A stretch of 64,000 bases of DNA from Candidatus Latescibacterota bacterium. Lineage in GTDB: Bacteria > Latescibacterota > UBA2968. A model generated the notes under the pieces. It saw nothing but the letters and a program-made list of their open reading frames with translations, did not search any database and had not been told where the DNA came from. Shown here one piece after another: positions 10,942 to 23,247 of the stretch. The position numbers were made by a program, and so were the translations under genes. The first letter of the stretch is position 1, and every line of letters starts with the position of its first letter. The stretch covers positions 4,160,001 to 4,224,000 of the forward strand of contig OZ242320.1 of NCBI GenBank assembly GCA_965208125.1, read 5' to 3'.

Positions 10942-12357
10942 TTAAAGCTTCATCGCATTCCACGGTTGTGTCGGATAATCTACCCACTGTTTTGATCCGC
11001 GCTCAAACGCCCACCGATACTCAGCGATTGCGCCTGCTTGTAGCTCTGCAATTCGCGGTGAATGTGCCGGATCATTTGCCAAATTTACAAACTCATACGG
11101 GTCTTCAGCAATGTGATAAAGCTCTGGTCCATAAGGTCCGTGAATATATTTCCACTCCTGCGTGCGAATGCTCAGGCTCAAATCTCGCGGATACTGTAAC
11201 TCCGTAATCGCCACCTCGCGTTCACGTTCACGACCATCAACCAGCACCTTCAGACTCATGCCGGGTAAATGCGCGGGGATATCCATCCCCGCAAAATCGA
11301 ATGCTGTAGGTAGTACATCCAAGAGATTCACAAGTGAATCGCTCACCAGACCCGTTTGAAATCCCTTTGGCGGCTTTACAATGAATGGAATGCGAATGGC
11401 CTGTTCGTAGAGATTGTATTTCGAAAATGCGGTTACCCCTCGCGATCCCAACAGTTCACCGTGGTCAGAGAGAAAAATGATCAGCGTGTCATCGTACAAT
11501 CCATTGCGATCCAGGGCGTCTATCACTTGCTGATGGCTCCGGTCGCAGGCTGTGACAAAAGCCATGTAATTTGCAATCGCATCTCGTAGTTCTTCTCGCT
11601 CTAATCCGACAAAATTGGGATAAGCATCTCTATCGGGTAAATTATCCGGCGGTTCAGGGGGCAACGCAACGTCGGCAGGGTTATATAAATCTGCCAAATT
11701 AGCTGGCGTTACGTGAGGTGCGTGAGGCCCTGACAAACTGCAAATCATGAAAAACGGATTGTCCTTGTTTTTTTCCACAAAGGCAGCGGCCTGCCCGCCA
11801 ACCCACCAGTCGCGCGTTTGCTCTAATCTCAAGCTGGTCGTAAATCCCTTAAATGCCGCCGCACAATTGTCTCCACCCCGACCAATCCCACGCGCTTCCC
11901 GCTCGCCCGTCCCCGTCTCCGCCCAATCCCGATGTTCCGCCACAAAATGGCTGTCCATACGCTCGCCCGTCTCGTGAAACGGCCCTGCCCGATGATCAAA
12001 TCCGTAATAGTTGTCGCGTTCAATAGCCGCCTGATACGGTATTGTATGCATCTTGCCAAAGGCACCCGTTACAAAACCCGCCTGTCCAAACGCCTTTCCC
12101 ATTGTCCAATCGGGGATTTGTGCGGGATTCAGTAAATGCCGATTGGAATAAATCCCTGACTGAAATGCATATCGCCCGTGCAACATCGAATGGCGACTCG
12201 GCAAACACGGCGATACAGCACACGTTGCCTGCGTAAACCGCATGCCCTCCCGAGCCAAGCGATCATACGCTGGTGTCTGCAACCCCGGATAATCCGCACA
12301 CCCGAGGAAGGAATGCGCGTGCTGATCGTTCATTAAAATCACAACATTCATAACCAT
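10942..12357 (-). CDS. Sulfatase (choline-sulfatase-like)
   Basis: MNDQH, CLPSR, GKMH, GPHAPH, SDHGE. Confidence 0.9.
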   Translation of the reverse strand: MVMNVVILMNDQHAHSFLGCADYPGLQTPAYDRLAREGMRFTQATCAVSPCLPSRHSMLHGRYAFQSGIYSNRHLLNPAQIPDWTMGKAFGQAGFVTGAFGKMHTIPYQAAIERDNYYGFDHRAGPFHETGERMDSHFVAEHRDWAETGTGEREARGIGRGGDNCAAAFKGFTTSLRLEQTRDWWVGGQAAAFVEKNKDNPFFMICSLSGPHAPHVTPANLADLYNPADVALPPEPPDNLPDRDAYPNFVGLEREELRDAIANYMAFVTACDRSHQQVIDALDRNGLYDDTLIIFLSDHGELLGSRGVTAFSKYNLYEQAIRIPFIVKPPKGFQTGLVSDSLVNLLDVLPTAFDFAGMDIPAHLPGMSLKVLVDGREREREVAITELQYPRDLSLSIRTQEWKYIHGPYGPELYHIAEDPYEFVNLANDPAHSPRIAELQAGAIAEYRWAFERGSKQWVDYPTQPWNAMKL

Positions 12358-12371
12358 TCTCCATTGAGCGA

Positions 12372-13841
12372 TCAGTAAATATATCGCACCCGCCTGAACT
12401 CACCGAGCATCGGGTCTTTCACGCGTTCCATGTGATCTTGCATACATTGCATCAGCGATTCCTGCAACGCCTTGTGTGTCTCGTGACCGTAGAGGTTGTG
12501 CAATTCGTGCGGATCGTTTTCGAGGTCATAGAGCTCTCCGATATCCGATTGATTAAACGCGAACTTGTGCGTTCTGGTGCGCACCATACGAGACTTGTGC
12601 TCCTGAATCTGACCGTTGAACTGACAATACACGCTGTCACGCCCCGTCGGTTCATCCTCTCCCTTTAATAGTGGAAGAATGCTCTGTGTGTCGGGTACAA
12701 TATCGGGTTGCAGACCTGCGACTTCCAAAAAACTCGGAAATAGATCCTGCAGATAGACAAATTCGTTGTTCTCCCGGCCTGGCTGACGGCATTCGGGATG
12801 CGCTGCGATTAGAGGTAGGCGAAAACTCTCCTCATCAAAATAAGGCCCTTTTTCAAACAGCTTGTGTGCCCCCATATTGTCTCCGTGATCTGTGGAAAAT
12901 ACAACAAGCGTGTTTTCCGCCAGGCCGAGCGTTTTTAATTCGGAAAGCATACGCCCCACCAGATCATCGATCATCGTCATATACCCCCAGTAGCGCGCCG
13001 TAATCTCCGCCCATTCGTCCCAGTTGTTGGGATCAATCCCCCAATAACGAGACACCAGAGTCTGAACATAGGGGCGATTCTCCAGTGTATCGCAGAAACT
13101 CGGGTCCTCTGGAATTGACTTCGGGTCGTACATCGAGTAATACGGTTCTGGCACGATACACGGACTGTGCGGGCCCCAGAAATTGGTCCAGATAAAAAAG
13201 GGATCTTCTTCCTGTGCATACGCCTGCATAAGCTCAACTGTTTCCGAGGCAACCATGGCTTCGAAATTGTGCTCAATAGTTCCGGCATGGAGGCCGTGCA
13301 ATTCCCGATTTCGCTGCCCTGGATTTCCCTGAGCATAGAACGCTTCTATAAGCTCTGGAGGTTCCAGATTCTTCTCGTTCAAATAGTCCAGGTAATTCCT
13401 CGCAATCTGAGAATCCTTCCGCGCACCGCTCTTGATACCTGGCATATTGATATTGGATGCGGGATAGCCATATCCGGGGAAATCTCGTTTACAGCGAAAT
13501 CCCCAATCACTCGGATTCTTCTGGTGATCCACATGCCACTTTCCCGCATATCCCAGGTTGTATCCTGCCCGGGGTAGCTCTGTCGCGAAATTGGGAAGCG
13601 ACTGATCCAACTGCCCACCGTTGGTTTCAACCCCGGTAATGTGACCGTACCGACCTGTAAATAGCGCGGCTCGACCGGGCGCACATGGGATGATAAGCGG
13701 AAAAGCATTGTTGAAACGCACACCCCGGCTTGCCAGGTTGTCAATATGTGGTGTTCTGCACTGGGACGCACCATAACAACCCAGCAGATCCCAGCGCTGT
13801 TGATCCGTTAGAATGAGCAGAATATTCGGTTTCTCTTGCAT
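12372..13841 (-). CDS. Sulfatase (choline-sulfatase-like)
   Basis: PNILLILTDQQR, CAPGR, GKWH, TDHGD. Confidence 0.92.
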   Translation of the reverse strand: MQEKPNILLILTDQQRWDLLGCYGASQCRTPHIDNLASRGVRFNNAFPLIIPCAPGRAALFTGRYGHITGVETNGGQLDQSLPNFATELPRAGYNLGYAGKWHVDHQKNPSDWGFRCKRDFPGYGYPASNINMPGIKSGARKDSQIARNYLDYLNEKNLEPPELIEAFYAQGNPGQRNRELHGLHAGTIEHNFEAMVASETVELMQAYAQEEDPFFIWTNFWGPHSPCIVPEPYYSMYDPKSIPEDPSFCDTLENRPYVQTLVSRYWGIDPNNWDEWAEITARYWGYMTMIDDLVGRMLSELKTLGLAENTLVVFSTDHGDNMGAHKLFEKGPYFDEESFRLPLIAAHPECRQPGRENNEFVYLQDLFPSFLEVAGLQPDIVPDTQSILPLLKGEDEPTGRDSVYCQFNGQIQEHKSRMVRTRTHKFAFNQSDIGELYDLENDPHELHNLYGHETHKALQESLMQCMQDHMERVKDPMLGEFRRVRYIY

Positions 13842-13851
13842 ACTTGCGTCC

Positions 13852-14643
13852 TTACATTTGAGATTCCCTGTTGAGGTCCATCACCTCGCGAACACCAGAA
13901 AATTCACGCCAGATATCAGTGAAGCAGTCGTTCCCATTTTCTTCGCAATCAACATGGCGCATACGAGAGATCGTGGCATAACGAATGTTAGGCGACGCGT
14001 TTGGGGCGGCAGTATGGTACACGAGAAAATGAGCAAGGATGAGATCCCCTGCTTCACCGGTAATCATTTCTGGTGATTCCGGCTGAGGTATGCGCGGCTG
14101 TCCCTTGGATAGAACCTCTATGCCCTCTTTTTTGAGAAAAGCTTGATAGACATGGTGAGACCCGGACCAAACGGTGAAATTGCCACTATAAGGTTCGGGC
14201 ACATCGGCGAGATAGATGACACCAAAGCAAGTGAAGCTCCGTTTATAGGTTCCTTTAGGTTTGCCATTTCTCCCGTTGCCCATATTGTCGATATGACCCA
14301 TCGGTTCGGATGGGTCTGCGTCAATATGCTTGGGAAACCGTGGCGCAGGACTTATGCGTTCAAGGGGTGTCTTGAGGTTTCCTTCGCCAAGCAGAGATTC
14401 TGCTAGAGAAATAATGGGGCTGTTGTGATACAAATCCGAAAGAACCGAACTGCCCCTCAGGTCCCCACCAAACCCACCGCCACCTCGATTGTTTGCCAGG
14501 TCTTCTTTACTTGGACCGGTTGAGCCGATAGAATGGTTCATCGCCTGACGCGCTCTGTCCACCATTGCTCTTGAAACTGCACCGGGGATTTTAATATAAC
14601 CACGGTGATAAAATTCACGAATTTGTTCATTGGTAAGTTTCAT
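13852..14643 (-). CDS. PhyH-family dioxygenase
   Basis: Start moved to MKLTNEQIREFYHRGY, which follows GGAGG. HID, WSGSH, HTAAPN. Confidence 0.85.
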   Translation of the reverse strand: MKLTNEQIREFYHRGYIKIPGAVSRAMVDRARQAMNHSIGSTGPSKEDLANNRGGGGFGGDLRGSSVLSDLYHNSPIISLAESLLGEGNLKTPLERISPAPRFPKHIDADPSEPMGHIDNMGNGRNGKPKGTYKRSFTCFGVIYLADVPEPYSGNFTVWSGSHHVYQAFLKKEGIEVLSKGQPRIPQPESPEMITGEAGDLILAHFLVYHTAAPNASPNIRYATISRMRHVDCEENGNDCFTDIWREFSGVREVMDLNRESQM

Positions 14644-14794
14644 GGATTTATTCCTCCAGGTGATATTCCTTAGGATGGGTCGTCGGGAGATTCTTACCGA
14701 CTTCGTCACGAAAACCTTCTTTCGGTCATTCGGGTGGATCGGAAAGAGCATTGAAGCCCATGTAATCCTGCCTGCGGACAAGGATCACATTTCT

Positions 14795-15658
14795 CTAACT
14801 CGCCATCGCCATTACCTGATCTTCATCTATCAGGAATTCTTTCGGTAAATCGAGGGGGTGGCCGTTTTCACACACGGGCAAATAATCCAGATATTTATTT
14901 CCAGGTCGGATCGCCCGCATCCAGGGCACATCGCGTTTGGCAATAAACGTCCCTGCCAGACCGATGCGTTGTTTGTTTGAACGGTTTGGTCCGCTATAGT
15001 GCAATGCATTTTGATGCCATACCAGAATATCTCCGGGGTCCATTTCACAGGCCACCGCGTCCTGTTCCAGGTCATAGCCCTGATCGCGCGGATCCACTTC
15101 CGTGAGTTTATTGCCCTGCCGCTGGTGTGCAATGCGTCCCAGTTTCTGTGAAAAAGGAATCAATTGCAAGCATCCATTCTCTTTTGTTGCCCGATCGATT
15201 GCAATCCAAAAATCAAACATCATAGGCTCGTTGGGATCATAGGGAGCCGGAGGCATGTTCCAGGCTGCAGAATCCTGATGCCAGGGAGTAACAGACCCGT
15301 GCCCGGGTGGTTTTAAAAAGAAACCACCGGCGTTTACACAAAAGTCATCCTGTAATACAGAGCGCACCAGCCCGACGGTTCGCGGATTTGAAATCATCTT
15401 TTTCCAGAGCGTCTCATTGTGATACGCCGGACTATTCAATCGATAAAATCGGTGCAGTGGATTTCTGGCATTCTGCTTGTCCTCCTTCACATGCCCGATT
15501 CCCAATCGCTCGTATATGTCGGCGTGTTCGGCAATAAACCGAACGCGTTCTTTGATTATGGGGATATCGTCACGGTTCAACAATCCCTGAAAGATGAAAT
15601 ATCCCTTTTCCAGCAATTCCAGGTTCCAATTCTTGTCGCGTATCTCGTCTCTTTTCAT
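14795..15658 (-). CDS. PhyH-family dioxygenase
   Basis: KPPGHGSVTPWHQD, ENGCLQLIPFS, HYSGPNRS..R. Confidence 0.9.
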   Translation of the reverse strand: MKRDEIRDKNWNLELLEKGYFIFQGLLNRDDIPIIKERVRFIAEHADIYERLGIGHVKEDKQNARNPLHRFYRLNSPAYHNETLWKKMISNPRTVGLVRSVLQDDFCVNAGGFFLKPPGHGSVTPWHQDSAAWNMPPAPYDPNEPMMFDFWIAIDRATKENGCLQLIPFSQKLGRIAHQRQGNKLTEVDPRDQGYDLEQDAVACEMDPGDILVWHQNALHYSGPNRSNKQRIGLAGTFIAKRDVPWMRAIRPGNKYLDYLPVCENGHPLDLPKEFLIDEDQVMAMAS

Positions 15659-15681
15659 AATAGATTTCCTCTGTTAATCGC

Positions 15682-16833
15682 TTAATCTGCCAGCCCATCC
15701 TGGTTTTCATCGTCTATGCCGGCATAGGGGCTTTCGACGATTGCTTCCCAGGCCACCCGACGCATAATTCTATCAACCCGTTCGGGAATCCCCTCCGGCA
15801 CGTAATCGGCGATGGTTTCCGGACTTCTTCGGTAAAGCATTCCGAAGTACATATATCCCGCCAGTTGCTCAATCCCGCTTGTTCTGGATAAGTGACCGCC
15901 GTCTCGATAGATCCCGCGTTTGCCGGCTCGACCCCGATCTTCATCGATGCAGTCAAATTCGGGCAGTTCCCCTTCATGGTATAACCGGATCATTTTCATG
16001 ACGGCTTCTCCCGCTGGGATCATGTGAACTTTTCCAGGGTATTTCTCTTTCAAACGGGTGTATAGAAGTTCATCGATGGTTTTTTGCAGGTATTTGTGAT
16101 CGGCCTCCAGGCTGGCCATTACCTCGTCGGACTGCTTTTCCTTGTAAGAGGGAAGATGTCGTGGCCATCCGTCCTGGATGTAGAATCTCATTTCGGGATT
16201 GTTCTCAAGGCAGAAGTCGATCCACTGTGTGTAATACTCGGGCAGGTCATCGTAATAGCAACCCCAGGTCATGACGTCCCATTCTCCAGTCGCAATCGCG
16301 GGCAGCAAAATGGGCGCAGGGGGTGTGTCTTCGTTCCATTTACCGAATTCTTTGAGCCATATTGCATTGGCGGCTCCTGTCGATCCGCCCCCTCCGTGGA
16401 CGCGCTGGCGATGGTCCGTGTATCCCGCCGCCTCGGCAATTTCGAGGAGCTTGTTTCGGCCCGGTGCGACCCAGCTATGTCCTGTCATTACGATTCGGAG
16501 TCCATTTCCTTTCTCAAAGGATAGGGGGCGCGCCGAGTTTTTCCCCATTTCTATGAATTTGGCGAACTCGGCTTTGTCCGGTTTGTGAATCAGGGTCTTT
16601 TGAATCCGCGCGCCAGTCCGGTTGGGTTGCGTGCTGTTTGGCCCAATTGTTTCGGCCTGATATGCGCGCCATTCCGCTGCTGTAAGGATTCCGTCCTTAT
16701 TCTTATCCGCCTTCGGGTACTGCGCCAGAAATCTTTTGAAGCGCGGATCCGTCTCCGATGTTCTCTGTTGCGCCAGAGCCAGTCCCACAAAACTGCAAAG
16801 GCAAAATACAAAGATGAACCATTTTGTTTTCAT
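15682..16833 (-). CDS. Secreted EF-hand plus SGNH-hydrolase-like protein
   Basis: Signal peptide, EF-hand loop DKNKDGILTAAE, block I-like MTGHSW, DGGH, and a C-terminal DENQDGLAD. Confidence 0.6.
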   Translation of the reverse strand: MKTKWFIFVFCLCSFVGLALAQQRTSETDPRFKRFLAQYPKADKNKDGILTAAEWRAYQAETIGPNSTQPNRTGARIQKTLIHKPDKAEFAKFIEMGKNSARPLSFEKGNGLRIVMTGHSWVAPGRNKLLEIAEAAGYTDHRQRVHGGGGSTGAANAIWLKEFGKWNEDTPPAPILLPAIATGEWDVMTWGCYYDDLPEYYTQWIDFCLENNPEMRFYIQDGWPRHLPSYKEKQSDEVMASLEADHKYLQKTIDELLYTRLKEKYPGKVHMIPAGEAVMKMIRLYHEGELPEFDCIDEDRGRAGKRGIYRDGGHLSRTSGIEQLAGYMYFGMLYRRSPETIADYVPEGIPERVDRIMRRVAWEAIVESPYAGIDDENQDGLAD

Positions 16834-16871
16834 GGGCTACTCCTCCGTATTAGAATAGGGAAATACACCTG

Positions 16872-16898
16872 ACAATATAGCTTCCGATACCGGTCATT
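16872..16898. repeat. 27-bp direct repeat, copy 1
   Basis: acaatatagcttccgataccggtcatt; 25/27 identical to 18068-18094. Confidence 0.8.
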
Positions 16899-16908
16899 CT
16901 TTGCGTAT

Positions 16909-17940
16909 TTACTCTATGTTCTCCACAGCCTGACGGCGACGACGACGGGCAAGTTCGCGCAGATCGACAACCTCATCTGTTTCATCTACAATTTCACGTC
17001 CGATTATCTCTTCAAGCACGTCTTCCAGGGTCACCACACCAGCCAATCCACCGTATTCATCGATCACGACAAACAGATGTTGCCTGCGCTCAAGAAACAT
17101 GCGCAACACCCGATCCAATGTCAGCGTTTCTACCACAAAGTGCGCGCCTCGCGAGAGACTTTGAATGGGAATATCTTCGCGACCTTCGGCAGCCGACGAC
17201 AAAATATCCCGACGATACACGATCCCAACGACATCTTCAGCATCTTCATCTACTATGGGAATGCGACTATACGATGGAACACCAATTTGCAACACCTCAT
17301 TTACTTTTTGCTGGGCTTGAAGCGAATAAATGACCGTGCGCGGTGTCATTATTTCCTGAACTGTTTTCTCTTTTAACAATAGAATATTCTGAATGGCACT
17401 GCCTTCTTCTGCATTAATGGTTCCCGCATGGCGCCCCATATTTACCAATGCTATGAGTTCCTCTGAAGATACGACATGTTCAACTTTACCATGAGATATT
17501 AGCCGCGTCACAAATTGGCACAGCCAGATAATCGGTGCTTGTATCCAGATCAAGAACTGGATGGGATAGGCAATCATGGACACAAGATGCCGGGCATAAA
17601 CCACGCCAATTGTCTTTGGAATAATCTCAGAAAATAAAAGTATCACCAGGGTAAATACCACTGAAAAATGCGGCAACCACGGCTCACCCAGAACTTCTGC
17701 AGCTGCCGCTCCAGCAAGGGCGGCGCCACCCGTATGTGCAATTGTGTTAAGGGATAGGATACCCGCAATAGGCACATCTACATTTTCTCTAAACTTTTTC
17801 AATAACCGGCCAGAAACACTGCCAGTTTTTGCCAGCGATTCGATATGACCAATAGGAACTGAATACAATGCCGCTTCAAAAAGTGAACACATAAAAGAAA
17901 AGAAAACGGCAAAACTCGCAAAAAAGATCAATTCAAACAT
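16909..17940 (-). CDS. CNNM/DUF21-CBS membrane protein (CorB/TlyC-like)
   Basis: SFMCSLFEAAL, LLFSEIIPKT, IMTPR, YSRIPI, DEYGGLAGVVTLEDVLEEIIG. Confidence 0.92.
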   Translation of the reverse strand: MFELIFFASFAVFFSFMCSLFEAALYSVPIGHIESLAKTGSVSGRLLKKFRENVDVPIAGILSLNTIAHTGGAALAGAAAAEVLGEPWLPHFSVVFTLVILLFSEIIPKTIGVVYARHLVSMIAYPIQFLIWIQAPIIWLCQFVTRLISHGKVEHVVSSEELIALVNMGRHAGTINAEEGSAIQNILLLKEKTVQEIMTPRTVIYSLQAQQKVNEVLQIGVPSYSRIPIVDEDAEDVVGIVYRRDILSSAAEGREDIPIQSLSRGAHFVVETLTLDRVLRMFLERRQHLFVVIDEYGGLAGVVTLEDVLEEIIGREIVDETDEVVDLRELARRRRRQAVENIE

Positions 17941-18067
17941 CGGATTACTCCTCTCTGTTTAAAATGATTCAGCATATGCCTTTTCAGGCCAATTCTTTAT
18001 CTGGAGTCAGATTTTCCAGAATAATCTGTAAGGTTCGAATCTACTTCGATTTGGCTGTTTTATCATA

Positions 18068-18094
18068 ACAATATAGTTTCCAATACCGGTCATT
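18068..18094. repeat. 27-bp direct repeat, copy 2
   Basis: acaatatagtttccaataccggtcatt. Confidence 0.8.
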
Positions 18095-18189
18095 TCCAGC
18101 GAAACTTTCTCTATGCCCAAGAACAAATCGGTCACATGGACCAACACGACGCGAAGTTGAATTACCCAAGCCAAATTCCCCTTGCCTGA

Positions 18190-20418
<2,229 letters not shown>

Positions 20419-20435
20419 TAGAAGGAGAGTGTCAT

Positions 20436-20735
20436 ATGTATTTCGTAGTCTTCGCGACTCACAAAGAAGAAATGGGACAGGAACGGCTCCAATTGCAGGA
20501 TGCATTTGCGGCCTACCTTCACGATCCCACCCAACATCCCGATGTGACCGTTCATCATGGTGGGCAGACGCTCAGCGAGAGTGAACAGATCGTTACCGGC
20601 TTCGTCCTCGTGATCGAAGCTCCCTCGCTCGAGGGGGCGCAGGCATTTGTCGCTGGCAGTCCCTATGCTCAGGCGGGCACCTTTGCCGAGTCTCACATCC
20701 GCCCATGGAACTGGTTGACGGGACGCCCTGGCTGA
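20436..20735 (+). CDS. YciI-family protein
   Basis: About 99 aa after AAGGAG; GFVLVIEAPSLEGAQAFVAGSPY..GTF..IRPW. Confidence 0.75.
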   Translation: MYFVVFATHKEEMGQERLQLQDAFAAYLHDPTQHPDVTVHHGGQTLSESEQIVTGFVLVIEAPSLEGAQAFVAGSPYAQAGTFAESHIRPWNWLTGRPG

Positions 20736-20810
20736 GCGCGTTGCTGCACCGCCCAAATATCTCTGGGCGTGAGGATCACAAGGTGTGCGTAGGCTGGCCA
20801 AGGAGGTATC

Positions 20811-22571
20811 ATGAGCAACCGTCACGAGCAACGCGCTCCTGACGTTCAATACGAACCCGACGAGAATCCTCCCGCGCTTGTGTCTCTGGGCAGCGGCCTG
20901 CAACTGGTGGTCCTCGGCATAACAAGCATCATCTTTATCCCCACAATCGTCGTCAGAGCCAGCGGCGGAACCGATGCGTACCTGTCCTGGACCGTGTTCG
21001 GCGCGGTCGCTGTCAGTGGCATTTGCACGGCTCTGCAAGCGGTCAGGCTGAGCCGGGTCGGAGCGGGATACCTGCTCTTTATGGGGCCCGCCGGAGCCTA
21101 TATCGGAGTCTGCGTCAGCGCCCTCATCGAGGGCGGTCCAGCGCTGCTCGCTACCCTGGTCGTCGCATCGTCGCTCGTCCCGATCGTGATTTCGATGCGA
21201 CTGGCCCTGTTCAGGCGGCTTCTCACACCGACCATCGTCGGTACCGTGAACATGCTAATACCTGCGACCGTGCTGCCGGTCGTATTCAGTCGCCTGGCCG
21301 ACGCGCCGCCCGACACGGCGCTCAGTGCGCCGCTCACTGCGATAGCGACGGGTCTGGTCATCGGAGGCATCTCTCTGAAGGCGGGGGCAACGCTGCGTTT
21401 ATGGGCACCGCTCATCGGGGTGATTGTGGGTTCGGTTTTTGGCGGAACGATGGGACTCTATGACCTCGACCTGGTTGTCCGGGCTCCGTGGATCGGATTG
21501 CCACAGGGCAACTGGCCGGGTATCGGACTCGACCTCGGTCCTGCCTTCGTGGGACTTCTGCCTGCCTTCGCATTCGTGGCCCTCATCGGTGCCATCCAGA
21601 CGATTACCGGTGCGGTCGCCATCCAGCGCGTGTCGTGGCGCCGGCCGCGGGCTGTGGACTACCGCGCGGTGGAGGGCGCGGTGACGGCGGACGGCATCGG
21701 CAAACTCCTATCGGGCATCACGGGGATTGTGCCGACTCAGACCATCGGAGTCAGCGTCCCGACGGTAGAGCTTACGGGGGTCGCGGCCCGCCACGTGGGA
21801 ATCATTGCCGCTGGCGTGCTGATTGTGCTGGCGTTCCTGCCCAAGGCACTTGCCATGATACTGGCGATACCCAGCCCGGTCGTCGTCGCCTATCTGACCG
21901 TCGTGCTGGCACTGACCTTTGTCCGTGGGATGACGGAGGTGGTACAGGACGGGATTGATCATCGCAAGGCACTGATTGCCGGTGTCTCCTTCTGGGTTGG
22001 CGTCGGCTGCCAGAACGATCTCTTATTCCCCGAGCTTCTCGCGGAGTTGGGGGGCGGTCTGCTGGGGAACGGCATAACGGCCGGGGGAATCATGGCGATT
22101 CTCATGACCCTGTTTCTGGAAGTGACGGCGCCCCGCCGCAGCCGGATTGAAGTGGAGCTCGATCTGTCCGTGTTGCCTGAGATCAGGGCGTTCCTCAATG
22201 CGTTCGCATCCCGCAACGGCTGGGGGGCGAAGATGGTCGATCGTCTCGACGCAGCCAGCGAGGAGACGTTGCTGTCGCTGATCGGGCAGGACGAGGGCCG
22301 GGAGAAACGCGAGCAGCGGCGCCTTCTCGTGAAGGCGCGCAAGGAGAGCGGCGATGCTGTCCTCGAGTTCATTGCCGCGGTGGGCGAGGAGAACGTTCAG
22401 GACCGGATCGGATTGCTGGCGGACCGGCCCGATGACGTGCTGATGGAGCGGGAAGTCTCGCTACGGCTGTTGCGGCACATCGCGTCCTCTGTTCGCCACC
22501 AGCAATTCCACGACACGGATATCGTGACTGTCCAGGTAAAAGTTCCGGAAACGGGCGATGGGAATCGTTAA
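20811..22571 (+). CDS. NCS2/SLC23 (xanthine/uracil permease-like) transporter with a C-terminal RsbW-like HATPase-fold domain
   Basis: YEPDENPP..LGSGLQ start, many TM helices, ELTGVAARHVG signature region, and a soluble C-terminal domain of about 145 aa. Confidence 0.8.
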   Translation: MSNRHEQRAPDVQYEPDENPPALVSLGSGLQLVVLGITSIIFIPTIVVRASGGTDAYLSWTVFGAVAVSGICTALQAVRLSRVGAGYLLFMGPAGAYIGVCVSALIEGGPALLATLVVASSLVPIVISMRLALFRRLLTPTIVGTVNMLIPATVLPVVFSRLADAPPDTALSAPLTAIATGLVIGGISLKAGATLRLWAPLIGVIVGSVFGGTMGLYDLDLVVRAPWIGLPQGNWPGIGLDLGPAFVGLLPAFAFVALIGAIQTITGAVAIQRVSWRRPRAVDYRAVEGAVTADGIGKLLSGITGIVPTQTIGVSVPTVELTGVAARHVGIIAAGVLIVLAFLPKALAMILAIPSPVVVAYLTVVLALTFVRGMTEVVQDGIDHRKALIAGVSFWVGVGCQNDLLFPELLAELGGGLLGNGITAGGIMAILMTLFLEVTAPRRSRIEVELDLSVLPEIRAFLNAFASRNGWGAKMVDRLDAASEETLLSLIGQDEGREKREQRRLLVKARKESGDAVLEFIAAVGEENVQDRIGLLADRPDDVLMEREVSLRLLRHIASSVRHQQFHDTDIVTVQVKVPETGDGNR

Positions 22572-22586
22572 ATAGGCAGGAAGCAT

Positions 22587-23204
22587 TTGAAACATGAAGA
22601 AGCGTTCGAGAGGGCCTGGACCGATCCAGGCAACACCCGAATCGAGCTGTCTCCGGTTGACATCAACCTGGTGCTCGCCCAGTATTACCGCACGAATAAA
22701 CCGCTCGAGTTTACCCGGACCATGTTGTGGGACATGGAGGTGAAAAAGGCGTTCCGACCCGATCTCTATATTCCTTCTGTTGTAACGGCGGGCAGCTCCC
22801 ACTATTGGCGCCAGCAAGCGACGGCCGACGGAGCCGATTCCTTCGTGCGATGCTCGCGGCAGCGCCTCTGGCTCAAGCCGTCAGAGCACGGGTTGGTCCT
22901 CGAACAGGTCCTCCTTAACCCTGCGCGGCAGAGTGCCACTTTCATCGGGGCAGCGGAACTCCTCGACAAGGACGGGAACTTGCTTCGAGCAGGCGAAGGA
23001 CAGCCTCTCTTTCACGTTGAGCATTCTGTCAATGGTGACGAATTGCGACCTCTGAACCTGTGGCGCATCGTTTACCTCACGGACAGACCCGAGCAGAAAC
23101 TGATCAAGCGGTTCACGCTTGTGAAGGATGTGTGGCTACGTGAGTTCGTCGAAATCTATATCCGGCGGGACTTGAAGATCGAGTTGACCCGGAGGAATGT
23201 CTGA
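22587..23204 (+). CDS. Hypothetical protein, SRPBCC/START-like (DUF1857-like)
   Basis: LWDMEVKKAFRPDLYIP resembles the DUF1857 N-terminus; TTG start with AGGAAG RBS. Confidence 0.45.
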   Translation: MKHEEAFERAWTDPGNTRIELSPVDINLVLAQYYRTNKPLEFTRTMLWDMEVKKAFRPDLYIPSVVTAGSSHYWRQQATADGADSFVRCSRQRLWLKPSEHGLVLEQVLLNPARQSATFIGAAELLDKDGNLLRAGEGQPLFHVEHSVNGDELRPLNLWRIVYLTDRPEQKLIKRFTLVKDVWLREFVEIYIRRDLKIELTRRNV

Positions 23205-23247
23205 TGAGAGAACCACCCACCGAGAAGCCTATAGGGGAGCCGCTCTG

